Below, in pieces: positions 1 to 9,033 of a DNA stretch of 52,293 nt. Position 1 is the first letter of the stretch. The number at the start of each line of letters is the position of its first letter. Under the pieces are notes generated by a model, which was given only the letters and a program-made list of their open reading frames with translations, was not told the DNA's origin and did not search any database. Source of the stretch: a virus (lineage: Duplodnaviria; Caudoviricetes); IMG/VR virus record IMGVR_UViG_3300020044_009895, positions 1-52,293 of that record; one strand, given 5' to 3'. Made by a program: the position numbers and the translations under genes.

Positions 1-93
1 CCGCGCGTGGTTGGTGGGGGTTGGGGCCATGCCTAAAAGCAGGACAGGGGGGTTTGATACGCTTGTTGCTGCAGTGTTGCCAGAATAAGGCAT
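1..93 (-). CDS. 5' part of the gene downstream of the major capsid gene (putative head decoration/minor capsid protein), cut by the window edge
   Basis: Not in the ORF track. ATG at 93 is preceded by an AGGAGA SD and reads MPYSGNTAATSVSNPPVLLLGMAPTPTNHAR, open to position 1. Confidence 0.6.
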   Translation of the reverse strand, partial: MPYSGNTAATSVSNPPVLLLGMAPTPTNHAR

Positions 94-129
94 GATTGTT
101 TCTCCTTGAAAAGGGTTGGATGTCTACGC

Positions 130-1089
130 TTAAGCGTAGGCCGAACCGTCTGCGGTGAAAACCACCACGCCGGTGTTCTGAAGCAGCTTGGCTCCCATGA
201 AACAGGAGGCTCGGGCCCACGAGTAGTCTTGCTCCTCGTTGTAGCCAACCGGCGTCGCCAGACCACCAGTGTCAGCAGCTTGGCCAATCGCCGTTTTGTG
301 GAACAGGAAGGACTTCTCGGCCGTGGTCGCCTTACCCGGAAGCAGCGGATGTTCCACGATCAGGCAGTTGCGCCAGCGGTAGGCCATCGGCCGGTCACGC
401 CAGGAGGGGTTGGCGTCGCTACCCGAGTATGGCTTGACGTCGACCAGCTGGGCATTGACGAACTCGGGCGTCTGCTCGAGGTAGGCCAGGTAGCTGGGCT
501 GGCACAGGAAGGTGATGTTGCCGTCCCATGGCACCGAGGCGTTCGACAGCTTGACGCGGCCGTTCTGGAACATAGACACGGTCGGGATGGTGCCGGTGGT
601 GCCGACAGTCACGGTGCCGGTGTTCAGTTCGGTGATGATCTGGTTGTCGATCTTGCGATTGAGCACTGCCATGGTGGTCATCTGCATGACGGCACGCTGG
701 TTGCCCTGCGATGCAAACACGTTGAAGCCGGTCTTGCGGACCAGGTCGTGTTGCTCTGACAAGGTGCAGGTGTTTTGCGTCAGGTTGTCAGCGCGTGCCG
801 GGATGAGGCCGTTGACGCCGCGGGTGACTGCTGATGCACCGCCTGAATCTGCCACCAGGAAGATGGCTTGATTGCCTTTGATCACGGCTTCAGTGGTTAC
901 CGTGTCGCGGAGCAGGCTGACGTGCTGCTCGAAGCCGGCAATGAATTCCTGCCGGTATTGGATCTGAAACGCAGTGTCTGCGTTCAGTTGGTAGAAATTC
1001 TCGTAAAACGGTCGGAACGGGGCAAACAGGCAATACAACGCCAGTCGCGCAAAGGCGACGAGAATGGCGTGAAACTTGATGGCTTTCAT
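130..1089 (-). CDS. Major capsid protein (BPP-1/epsilon15-like, HK97 fold) with an N-terminal extension
   Basis: 319 aa with AGGAG SD, lying after portal and scaffold. The core ADTAFQIQYRQEFIAGFEQ...LNRKIDNQII resembles capsids of this podophage group. Confidence 0.8.
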   Translation of the reverse strand: MKAIKFHAILVAFARLALYCLFAPFRPFYENFYQLNADTAFQIQYRQEFIAGFEQHVSLLRDTVTTEAVIKGNQAIFLVADSGGASAVTRGVNGLIPARADNLTQNTCTLSEQHDLVRKTGFNVFASQGNQRAVMQMTTMAVLNRKIDNQIITELNTGTVTVGTTGTIPTVSMFQNGRVKLSNASVPWDGNITFLCQPSYLAYLEQTPEFVNAQLVDVKPYSGSDANPSWRDRPMAYRWRNCLIVEHPLLPGKATTAEKSFLFHKTAIGQAADTGGLATPVGYNEEQDYSWARASCFMGAKLLQNTGVVVFTADGSAYA

Positions 1090-1262
1090 GATGGACTCCT
1101 ATGTGATGGAAGGGATTAGCTTCGTCGCATCGGGGTAGCCATCTAGCGCCGCGGTTGCAGGGGTGTCCACAAGGGAGCCTGCTCGTTGGGCCTCTGGGGC
1201 CGAGCTACCGAAAGTGCTGGTGCTCAGGGCAGGGCTCGTGGGAGGTTGTCTGCCGTGCCGCG

Positions 1263-1292
1263 ATTCTACACCCCCCACCATTCAAAATACAA
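1263..1292 (-). promoter_or_regulatory. Putative sigma70 promoter for the capsid gene
   Basis: TTGTAT-N18-TAGAAT on the minus strand, just downstream of the scaffold terminator. Confidence 0.45.
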
Positions 1293-1299
1293 GGGGCAA

Positions 1300-1326
1300 G
1301 AAAAACCCCGGCGCAGGGCCGGGGTA
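1300..1326 (-). terminator. Rho-independent terminator after the scaffold gene
   Basis: ACCCCGGC-CCTGC-GCCGGGGT stem followed by TTTTCTT on the minus strand. Confidence 0.75.
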
Positions 1327-1371
1327 AATTCACGCTTTGGGGCATGAAGGAGACAGGGTCAGTGTACTCCG

Positions 1372-2298
1372 TCAGGTTCTTGCTTTCAAGCCCTCCCTGG
1401 CGGTATACAGATCACGAAGCCTGGCTTGCATCTTCTCGTCCTTGTCATACGCCTTGCGGTTGGTTTTCATGGTTTTCTCGATTTCCGCGATCTGGTCATC
1501 GATGGCGCTGGCCGGGTTTCCAGCCGTGTTCCCGACCACCTTGCTGTGCGGGTTCAGCTGCAGGTTCATGTTCAGCAGCCACTTGATGGTGTTCGGGTCT
1601 GCCATGATCGGGGTACCGTTGGCCAGCCGGCCGAACTTGAAGTCGTCTGCCACCTCTTTGGGCATGGTTGACAGCAGGTTCTCCACCACGTTCAGGTTGG
1701 TGCGGTATTCCGGGCCCCATTCCTCCCGCAGTACCTCCTGGGCGGCAGATGCCAGGCTTTTGTCCTTAACTGCGCGCTCCTCGGTCTGGCGCTCGATCTC
1801 CGAGTAGTACCAGTCCACCGCTGTACTTGCCACATCCGGAGGGGTGTTTTTCTCGTGCATGGCCTTGAGGAAGCCGTCGATGATGGGCTTGTCATCCTTG
1901 CCGATCGACAGGCCATCCCGCAGCTTGAGCTCGTACTTGTCCGGGCTTTCCGGGATGCCGTTGTCAGCACGCCACTTGGCAATGTCCTCGGGTTTGGCAT
2001 CCTTGGGCAATGGCATCTTGATCTCGCCGGCGCTGATCTTCTTGCGGATCTCGATGGCGCTCTGGATGGCATCTGCCGGGGTAGCGTAGCGTCCCAGGAT
2101 GTTTCCGACCGTCTTGTCACCCTTGCTGATCTGGTCGCGCCAGTCAGGCTTCCACCAGCTTTCCTCGCCTTTTGGGGGTGCGTCGGGTGGGGTGCCACCC
2201 TTGTCATCTGGGGGCGGATCACCACCGCCGGCACCAGGTTTGTCATCTGGTGCTGCGTCTTGCAGGCCGTACAGCAGTCGTTGCAGTTTCAGGTTCAT
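1372..2298 (-). CDS. Putative capsid assembly scaffolding protein
   Basis: Lies between portal and capsid. Pro/Gly/Asp-rich N-terminus, helical body, IPESPDKYEL motif and EEWGPEY motif. Confidence 0.65.
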   Translation of the reverse strand: MNLKLQRLLYGLQDAAPDDKPGAGGGDPPPDDKGGTPPDAPPKGEESWWKPDWRDQISKGDKTVGNILGRYATPADAIQSAIEIRKKISAGEIKMPLPKDAKPEDIAKWRADNGIPESPDKYELKLRDGLSIGKDDKPIIDGFLKAMHEKNTPPDVASTAVDWYYSEIERQTEERAVKDKSLASAAQEVLREEWGPEYRTNLNVVENLLSTMPKEVADDFKFGRLANGTPIMADPNTIKWLLNMNLQLNPHSKVVGNTAGNPASAIDDQIAEIEKTMKTNRKAYDKDEKMQARLRDLYTAREGLKART

Positions 2299-2310
2299 GG
2301 TCCTCTCCTC

Positions 2311-2661
2311 TTACGTTGGGGAATCTCGCCGCATCTTGCTGATGTCGGCATTGCACAGCTTCACTATTTGCTGTCCGGCGAACATGCGGCCGATGGCCAC
2401 ATTGGTGTCTCGATCGTCTGGTCCTGGCCTGTACGGGAAGTCGTATGTCGCGCAGGCCATGCGGATGATCCAATCTAGGGCACGCTTTTGCTGTTCTGGA
2501 TCTGCGGTACCACGTTGAAGCGCTTGGATGGCAGTGGCGTCGGCAATGTCATAGTCGGCCGGCAGCCATGAGGCGGCAGCTGCCAGGGCCTGGTTGGTTG
2601 GTACGCGCTTTCTGGGTGGTGGTGGTTGTTCCGGCATTGCCGGGTTGGTTGGCTTGATCAT
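2311..2661 (-). CDS. Small conserved phage protein after the portal (Bbp19-like)
   Basis: Synteny plus the QQKRALDWI...AIGRMFAGQQI pattern. Confidence 0.55.
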   Translation of the reverse strand: MIKPTNPAMPEQPPPPRKRVPTNQALAAAASWLPADYDIADATAIQALQRGTADPEQQKRALDWIIRMACATYDFPYRPGPDDRDTNVAIGRMFAGQQIVKLCNADISKMRRDSPT

Positions 2662-2668
2662 TCAGTCC

Positions 2669-4303
2669 TCAGACCATGGCAGGCTGGGCTGCCGCGTTGT
2701 CTTTCTGGGCGGTGGCCATGGTTGCTGCTACGTCTGCACCCTGCTGCATGGTGGCCAACGTCTGCTGGGCCTGGGCTTGGGCCTTTTGCTGGTCCTCGAT
2801 GTCCTGCACCTCGACCTCGTCCCGCACCCATTTGGCAGGTACGCCAATGCCTTGGAGCACATCCCGCACGGTGACTTTCATGTCCACCATTGCTGCTACG
2901 CTCGGGTCCAGCTGTACACCTTGTGCAACCACCTGGTTGGCTTCAATGAACTTCTGGCCCTTGATGGCGTCAATCGCGTCGTGCAGGGGAGACTCAAAGC
3001 GGTATTGCAGCTTGGCATCCTGCAGGATCTTCGGCATGTCCATCGGGGATCCAAAACCACCGGCGCGGCGCATCAGGTCGAATGTCACGTTCATTAGTTG
3101 GCCGTTGTACTCGTGCTCCATCGGCTCGAACAGGGGCAGAGCTCCGCGGATGTACTCCTGGATGCGCTGTGCCACCTCGTAGGCCGTCATTTCCGGGGCG
3201 CGTTGGGGCAGGTTCAGCTTGTTCAGGTAGAAGGCCTGCATGATCATCTGCCTGGTGTCGGCCTGCATGTCGCGGCCGATCGGCATGCCTGACTTGTCGA
3301 TGGTCATGGGGCGGAGCGCATCTCCCAGCCGTTCGTCGTAGTCCCGGTCCACCCAGGTGATCCCGCCGGCGTAGATGTTGACGTCCGACCGGACTGCCTC
3401 ATGGGTTGCCACCATGGGGGGGTTGGTCATCTTCTCACCCGCTTCAAGCAGGGTGTACGTCATGCTTTGCAAGAGCCTGGCGTCGGGCAGTCCTGCGACT
3501 GTGGCTGGGCTGTAGGCGTACTGGCTTCCCGAGACTTGGGACCAGCGTGGCACGATGTACTCCTGGTTCCAGGTCGGGGTTTCTTCCATGGCGTGGTTGT
3601 TGTCCACATCCCACCAGATGCTGACTTTCGGCATTCCTCTGGCGTTGCCATCCCACATATCGGCGTCGATCACGAAGTGCATGCATTGGATTTCCTCGTA
3701 CCCCTTGTTCCGGTTCAGCAGGTCTTTGACCTTGTCGTGTATCTTGGCGCCGAACAGGCGCTCCAAGTCTCTGGCTGTCGGCTTCCATTTGCGGTAGAAA
3801 GCGCCGACCTTCCCTTCTTCGTTGTCGGTCCAGGCGCAGTCGCGCAGGTGCCAGGTCTGGTACAGCAGGGTGTCTTGCAAGCGGTTCAGCTTGATGCTCA
3901 TCACCGATTGGCCAAAGCTGGCGAAGTCGTGGTCGGACTGTTTGGCGGCTTTGGTGAACTGGCTGTCCGGGTCGTACATGGCACGCCGTTGGGTGGTGGT
4001 CGCCCATTCCAGCCAGCGTCTGGCTTCGTTGTTGTCACGGCCTGGGTCTACCGGCGCCATGTGAGCCCAGACCTTGGCGGTCGGTCTGAGCATCTGGCCG
4101 ATCTGATCCCCAAGTTCCCTGCGACAGATCAGCGGGTAGGACGTCATCAGGTTGCTGGCGAACTCTGCGCCAAGGTAGCGCTGGTAGGTGAAGTCTGCGC
4201 GCTCTGGGTAGAAGTTCTCGGCAATGTCCTGCCAAAGCAGCAGCAGGCTGGTGCGCTTGCCGAATGTTCGGTCGGCGGACTCGTGTATCTGCTTTGGCGT
4301 CAT
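2669..4303 (-). CDS. Portal protein (T7/BPP-1-type head-tail connector)
   Basis: 544 aa with WQDIAENFYPER, VPRWSQVSGSQYAYSP and EMTAYEV motifs and a Gln-rich C-terminus. Confidence 0.9.
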   Translation of the reverse strand: MTPKQIHESADRTFGKRTSLLLLWQDIAENFYPERADFTYQRYLGAEFASNLMTSYPLICRRELGDQIGQMLRPTAKVWAHMAPVDPGRDNNEARRWLEWATTTQRRAMYDPDSQFTKAAKQSDHDFASFGQSVMSIKLNRLQDTLLYQTWHLRDCAWTDNEEGKVGAFYRKWKPTARDLERLFGAKIHDKVKDLLNRNKGYEEIQCMHFVIDADMWDGNARGMPKVSIWWDVDNNHAMEETPTWNQEYIVPRWSQVSGSQYAYSPATVAGLPDARLLQSMTYTLLEAGEKMTNPPMVATHEAVRSDVNIYAGGITWVDRDYDERLGDALRPMTIDKSGMPIGRDMQADTRQMIMQAFYLNKLNLPQRAPEMTAYEVAQRIQEYIRGALPLFEPMEHEYNGQLMNVTFDLMRRAGGFGSPMDMPKILQDAKLQYRFESPLHDAIDAIKGQKFIEANQVVAQGVQLDPSVAAMVDMKVTVRDVLQGIGVPAKWVRDEVEVQDIEDQQKAQAQAQQTLATMQQGADVAATMATAQKDNAAAQPAMV

Positions 4304-4305
4304 GG

Positions 4306-4566
4306 TTACGCTCCGAGAGTAGCGCCACCGGATGATTGATCGGTCAGGATGGTTGATGCTCGGCCTTGTCGTGCAACCAGGCCGGCAATCGATTTGCGGC
4401 GCGCTGCTGCCACTGCCGCGTCGTTCGGGGTCGGCATTTCGGTTGGCTTTTCAACTACCGGTGCCGCTGCCATCTGGGGCTGCTGGTCGCTTTTGCCACC
4501 GCCCATCATGCTGTCAAAGATGGTGCCCACCGCTTTTGAGGCTACCGCACTCAGTACAGTTTCCAT
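4306..4566 (-). CDS. Small virion/tail assembly protein upstream of the portal
   Basis: ATG at 4566 with GGAG SD. C-terminal GRASTILT...LG is typical of this position in BPP-1-like phages. Confidence 0.6.
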   Translation of the reverse strand: METVLSAVASKAVGTIFDSMMGGGKSDQQPQMAAAPVVEKPTEMPTPNDAAVAAARRKSIAGLVARQGRASTILTDQSSGGATLGA

Positions 4567-4576
4567 GTCAATCTCC

Positions 4577-6163
4577 TTAGCTGCGCCCCCTCGCGTTTTG
4601 CCTGCCCATGATAGCACTGGGGAAGCCTCTCTTACTAGTCCCCATTTCGTTGGGGCTGCTCCAGATCTGGCCATCGGTCACGTAGGTTGGGCCTCCTGAC
4701 CAAGCCATTACGGCGGCATCACCCTCGTCCGGGCTTCTGCCAAGGCGCTTGGTCACCTCCTCTTTGGGCTCCATGTGGATTTTGCCGGAGCGCAGTTCCC
4801 ATGTCGGGGTGGCCAGGTCAGCCAGCAGGCTTTGGCTCGGGGGTAGGGAGATTGGCGATCCGCCTGGTTGGGATGGGTCAAGGGCCTCCCGGAAGCGCCA
4901 GTATGTCTCGGTTCGCATGTTGCCGAAGGCCAGTTGGCCGTCCAGCGTCCTGCGTACTGAGCCCTCCGATCCTTTGTAGGCTTTGACCTCAAGCTCGTTT
5001 TCCTTCAGTTGCTCGTAGACTGGGCCGCCGTAGCCCCCTCCCATGTCCACCACGATCAGGGCCTTGTTCCTGCGGTAGCTGACAATCACGCCGGCTGCGT
5101 ACTTTCCAGCCCGGTCTGGCGGAATGTCCTTGCCTGGCACCTTGATCATCTCCGAGTACCAGCCGTCATACCTTGGAGCAAGCACCATGAAGTCCTTGCC
5201 ACCACCAGAGCAATCAACGCCGATTGCGCACATCGGCACACCTGCTGGGCTCTTTTCGCTCCATCTGGCTTGGGCCAAGCGTATCCATTCGGTTGGGATC
5301 AGCTGGAATGCCTGGTCTTTCAGACCAGCTTCGAATTTTCCCTCGGCATAAGCACTTCGGAGCTCGGCCGGCAGGGCGTCTAGGGTGGCCCGGTAGTTGC
5401 CGTTCTGGGTCAGGTCCGGGTTGTCCGACAGCTTGGAGCGGATGAAGGTGCGGCTTTTCGCCATGACCTCCCTGCCTTCAACATAGTGAGGGCCTGGGCC
5501 ATCGACCTCAGTGTCGACGTCATCGATGGTCGTGTACCAGCGCAGTTCGCCACTCTTGGCCGGTTTGGGGTGCTTTGGATCCAGCCACGCAGCCCAGCGC
5601 TTGACCACCCACATGCCTTCGGGAGTGGTAGGCGGGTTTGTCGTTGCCACCACTCGGCAGCGTTGTCCTGGCTTGGTTGTCCTGGTCCATGTGGTGATGA
5701 ACAGGTACTGGCTTTCGGTGAAGTCGACCAGTTCGTCGAAGGCTTTAAGGTCATGCGCTATGCCCTTCCGCTTCTGTTTGTCGGCCTCCAGCTGGCAGCC
5801 ACCAATGTCGATGATCTTGTCCTGGTAGCGCCAGCCCTTCTGGGCGTTCTTGCCGTTGTCGTCACCGATGATGGCTTCGTACCGGTCAAACAGCTTCTCT
5901 GCTTCTTTGTTGGTGCGGCGCAGCACAAGGCTTCGGTGGTGCTCGGTCAGGCTCAGGCCGATGACAAGGTCGCTTTTGCCTCCACCAGCCTCACCGCCAA
6001 ACAGGAGCTCGTCTGCTTCTGAAAAGTAGGCGTCGGTTTGTGGACCTGGGGTTGGCACCCAGACCATGTCCTTGGTGGCTTCGAGTGCCTCCTCAACGAC
6101 TGCCTCCCGCTTTTCGGCTGGGAGGGCGTCGAGGGCTGTCAGGTACTCGTCAAGGGCGCCCAT
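4577..6163 (-). CDS. terL: Terminase large subunit
   Basis: Walker A GGEAGGGKS, Walker B AFDEL, TTNP coupling motif, nuclease motifs GVDCSGGGKD and SPDEGDA. Confidence 0.92.
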   Translation of the reverse strand: MGALDEYLTALDALPAEKREAVVEEALEATKDMVWVPTPGPQTDAYFSEADELLFGGEAGGGKSDLVIGLSLTEHHRSLVLRRTNKEAEKLFDRYEAIIGDDNGKNAQKGWRYQDKIIDIGGCQLEADKQKRKGIAHDLKAFDELVDFTESQYLFITTWTRTTKPGQRCRVVATTNPPTTPEGMWVVKRWAAWLDPKHPKPAKSGELRWYTTIDDVDTEVDGPGPHYVEGREVMAKSRTFIRSKLSDNPDLTQNGNYRATLDALPAELRSAYAEGKFEAGLKDQAFQLIPTEWIRLAQARWSEKSPAGVPMCAIGVDCSGGGKDFMVLAPRYDGWYSEMIKVPGKDIPPDRAGKYAAGVIVSYRRNKALIVVDMGGGYGGPVYEQLKENELEVKAYKGSEGSVRRTLDGQLAFGNMRTETYWRFREALDPSQPGGSPISLPPSQSLLADLATPTWELRSGKIHMEPKEEVTKRLGRSPDEGDAAVMAWSGGPTYVTDGQIWSSPNEMGTSKRGFPSAIMGRQNARGRS

Positions 6164-6166
6164 CAG

Positions 6167-7042
6167 TTAGTTGCGTTCGGATTCCCCGCGGCCTGGGTCT
6201 GGCACCACCACCGCGCTGGGCTCCAGTGTCGTCTTGTTGATCAGCGCACGGATCTTCGGGCTTGCTGCCAAGATGCCCGGGTTTGTACCCCTGCCGTCCC
6301 GATCCTGGCCCCACGTTTTCATGTGGTAGTCGTTGTCGCTGATGGCGCCGGCGAGGAAGTGGCGCTGCTGGGTGATGTTGGCCAGTTGGGCATCGCATTG
6401 GGATAGCCTGGCCTGCAGTTCGTTCTGGCGTGCCAGCAGCTTGATGTGCCACTGGTCGGACTCGGCCAGCCCATACCCTGGCATTGGTCGGAGCAGGTCG
6501 GATTCCGGCGGCACAATGATCTGGATGTCGAGCGTGTGGGCCAGGGTGATGAAGTGCTGGCAGCCTGCACGTTGGTACCCGTACTCCTCGTCGGCCGCCA
6601 TGTCCACACCGTACAGGCCAATGGCGTCAGGCTCAGCAGGAACTAGACCAGCAGCTTCGGTCTTGTCCCGATTGTTCAGAATCTGGTCGATTGCCATGGC
6701 CAGCATCCAGGCAATGCTTGAGGTGAAGAAGTAGTCGCCAAACAGGTGGCGTATCTCCTCCTCTGGGTAGGGCTTGCTGTTCGGGATTTCCCGTACCTTG
6801 TCCTTCATCCACACCAGCTTCTGGTGGCCCATCCAGAGCACGTATTCCGGGCTGAACCATGGCTTCTGCAGGGCTGCATTGCCGATGACTGGGGGCTCCC
6901 ACCGGTGAAGCTCAAACCAAGCGTCGCACCGTGGGATGTTCGGGAACAAGCCTGGGCTGCATCCCCAGATCGACCATGCCGGGTCCGAGAACGGCGCCAG
7001 GCGGATGGACGATGGGGCCGAGCCCATGATGGCTATTTTCAT
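6167..7042 (-). CDS. Putative CMP-nonulosonate glycosyltransferase (CstII/GT42- or Maf-like fold)
   Basis: KIAIMGSAPS / WSIWGCS / FTSSIAWMLAMAI / AIGLYGVDM parallel the CstII motifs VIIAGNGPS / DVFRCN / ITSGVYMCAVAI / IYLSGIDF (recalled from memory) in the same order. C-terminal coiled coil. Confidence 0.5.
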   Translation of the reverse strand: MKIAIMGSAPSSIRLAPFSDPAWSIWGCSPGLFPNIPRCDAWFELHRWEPPVIGNAALQKPWFSPEYVLWMGHQKLVWMKDKVREIPNSKPYPEEEIRHLFGDYFFTSSIAWMLAMAIDQILNNRDKTEAAGLVPAEPDAIGLYGVDMAADEEYGYQRAGCQHFITLAHTLDIQIIVPPESDLLRPMPGYGLAESDQWHIKLLARQNELQARLSQCDAQLANITQQRHFLAGAISDNDYHMKTWGQDRDGRGTNPGILAASPKIRALINKTTLEPSAVVVPDPGRGESERN

Positions 7043-7069
7043 GCTTCTCCTCCTCAGGAGTGGTTGGAA

Positions 7070-7504
7070 TCAGGTCGTAATCGATACGCCGGCCGTCAGC
7101 CCCACCACCGCCCATTGTGCAGTGCTCATGCCCACCAAGCGAACAAAGTCACCGGATGATTGCAGGCATACGCGCTGTTGGGTCGAGCCGAAGGTGCTGA
7201 TGATCTTGATGTTGCTGGTGCCGGTGATGATGTTGTGGCTGGTGCCGTTGCTCGATTGCATCAGCATCTTTTCGACACCAAGCATCGGCGGGTCCAGCAC
7301 ATAGGTCGATGCCGCGGCTGCGTTGAGGATGGTCAGGCCGTGGGCCGGGATCTGGGTTGCGGTAGATCCCAGGGTGGTCAGGCCTTGTTTGAGGGCGAAC
7401 GGGCCGACAAGGGCGCCGTCATCGTCAAGTGCAAGGCGGTCACCGTAGATGCTGGTGCGAATGCGGGAGCGGTACAGGGGGGCGTTGTTTGCAATGAATG
7501 GCAT
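7070..7504 (-). CDS. Hypothetical beta-rich, Ser/Thr/Gly-rich protein, possibly virion-associated
   Basis: 144 aa with AGGAGA SD and beta-strand patterning. Confidence 0.55.
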   Translation of the reverse strand: MPFIANNAPLYRSRIRTSIYGDRLALDDDGALVGPFALKQGLTTLGSTATQIPAHGLTILNAAAASTYVLDPPMLGVEKMLMQSSNGTSHNIITGTSNIKIISTFGSTQQRVCLQSSGDFVRLVGMSTAQWAVVGLTAGVSITT

Positions 7505-7600
7505 GTGATTCTCCTAGAATCCGGCCGGAGCCGTGGCAAATACGCGATCCCTCTCCCTCTTGCCCTGGTCGTCGCGGCGGCCGGCCAGGTTCCGGTGCGT

Positions 7601-7629
7601 AGTCTACATGGTGGGCTGGTATTTCACAA
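7601..7629 (-). promoter_or_regulatory. Putative sigma70 promoter
   Basis: TTGTGA-N17-TAGACT upstream of the 7070-7504, transferase and terL genes. Confidence 0.4.
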
Positions 7630-8373
7630 GCCACCCTGCTTCAGCCAGAAATAGGTATCTTTGTTGTTCAGTATGGGGTTGTTTGCACTGCGAATACTTA
7701 CGCCTTGAACGGTGATATTTGCAAAGTTCACAAGGTCATTGCGCCCAAACAAGGAAAAACCGTCAAGCGTTGCGGTTCCGTTGTCGCCTGTTACGGCGGC
7801 ATTATTGTTGATGCGGAGGCTGGAGCTAGCATTGCCAGCAAAGACCGCTTGCAGCACTTGCCTTGTTCCAAGTGTGGCGCTTACGCCTGCGCCAGTTATG
7901 GTGCTATATTGATACACCTCTGGCGTCACTCCAGCATTGAAAACAGCGGCAAACGTGGCAGGACCACCCGTTAGCCTGTCAAATATCGTGTCAAGAATTG
8001 TCCAAGTAACTGGAGTGAACAGCATCGTCACGACATACGGTGGGGAGATTGCAGCGCCAAACGCTGCGGTTTTCATAATGTTGGCTACGCCATCACCTGT
8101 CAATGAACCGTCTGCATTGATGGTTGGCCTTGCCGCACCGGCAGCAGTCAGGTGGTTACCGTTTCCGCTTCGGTCATCCCATTGCGAACACAACCCACCA
8201 CCAGCATTAGTCTGCCCAACACCCGGCAGCCAAAGCGCTGTTAGCGATTGTCTTGCATACCGTGGATCCCACGATTGGTCGGCGCTCAACGATCCAACGC
8301 GGCCACTCAAGTCAGAATCACGGCCAGCAGCAATCCTGCCACCACGAGCCCCACTGTACCTCTGGTAGATCAT
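7624..8373 (-). CDS. LamG/concanavalin A-like jelly-roll domain protein (putative carbohydrate-binding virion protein)
   Basis: SQWDDRSGNGNHLT...RPT motif typical of phage LamG-like domains. GC is visibly lower than in the flanks. Confidence 0.55.
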   Translation of the reverse strand: MIYQRYSGARGGRIAAGRDSDLSGRVGSLSADQSWDPRYARQSLTALWLPGVGQTNAGGGLCSQWDDRSGNGNHLTAAGAARPTINADGSLTGDGVANIMKTAAFGAAISPPYVVTMLFTPVTWTILDTIFDRLTGGPATFAAVFNAGVTPEVYQYSTITGAGVSATLGTRQVLQAVFAGNASSSLRINNNAAVTGDNGTATLDGFSLFGRNDLVNFANITVQGVSIRSANNPILNNKDTYFWLKQGGL

Positions 8374-8693
8374 GCCGGTTTGTACCAGCTTAAGGTGCCG
8401 GTGATGGCTTGATCAGCAATGACCGATATTCCAGTGGTCTGGGCCGTGCTAACAATGTTCCGGATCGTCGGGTTGATCTCGGATCCAGTGGCGGCCGTGG
8501 ACGAGGTGGTCACGTTCGCTGCACTTGTTGATCCGTATCGGGCAGAAAAGTCACCGCGGAAGGAGAACAGCACGTACCCCATGCCGGCTGGGGTGTCGAA
8601 GGCTTGGCCTACGCTTGAGGCCAGGGATACATGCTGGACAAAATCAGGGGCCGACAGGATCGTATTCGGCGGCAGGCCGGTGCCTTTGGGCAT
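8370..8693 (-). CDS. Hypothetical small Ser/Thr-rich structural-like protein
   Basis: 107 aa containing STSAANVTTSSTAATGS; ATGA overlap with the next gene. Confidence 0.55.
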   Translation of the reverse strand: MPKGTGLPPNTILSAPDFVQHVSLASSVGQAFDTPAGMGYVLFSFRGDFSARYGSTSAANVTTSSTAATGSEINPTIRNIVSTAQTTGISVIADQAITGTLSWYKPA

Positions 8694-8728
8694 GATGGTA
8701 CCTCACTCTTGTCCCTCTCCTTGGCAGA

Positions 8729-8757
8729 AGATTACCACCAGCACCAGCGTTTTACAA
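8729..8757 (-). promoter_or_regulatory. Putative sigma70 promoter with extended -10
   Basis: TTGTAA-N17-TAATCT with TGG immediately before the -10 box. Confidence 0.5.
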
Positions 8758-9033
8758 GGTCACCTCAGCCGGCTGGCACAGTTCCAAGTCAATCGCTTGG
8801 GCATGGGTAAGCTCGATCACCTTTGCACCAAGTTGGAACTTGCAAGGTCTAGGGGATTTCCCCTTGCAGGTGGCTCTCAGGCGCTTGGCTGGTGGGCTGC
8901 GCTCGGCATCCAAGTCGCCAACGTGCAGGAGCGGGCTCCGGACTTCCTCCCGATGGCAGGCTTTACAGGCCACCACGAACCTGGTCTGGAACTCGGCCAC
9001 CCCTGCTTCGTACTCGGCTTTGGTCAGGTTCAT
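8752..9033 (-). CDS. Hypothetical protein with Cys motifs
   Basis: 93 aa with CKAC and later Cys residues; ATGA coupling to the upstream gene. Confidence 0.5.
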   Translation of the reverse strand: MNLTKAEYEAGVAEFQTRFVVACKACHREEVRSPLLHVGDLDAERSPPAKRLRATCKGKSPRPCKFQLGAKVIELTHAQAIDLELCQPAEVTL

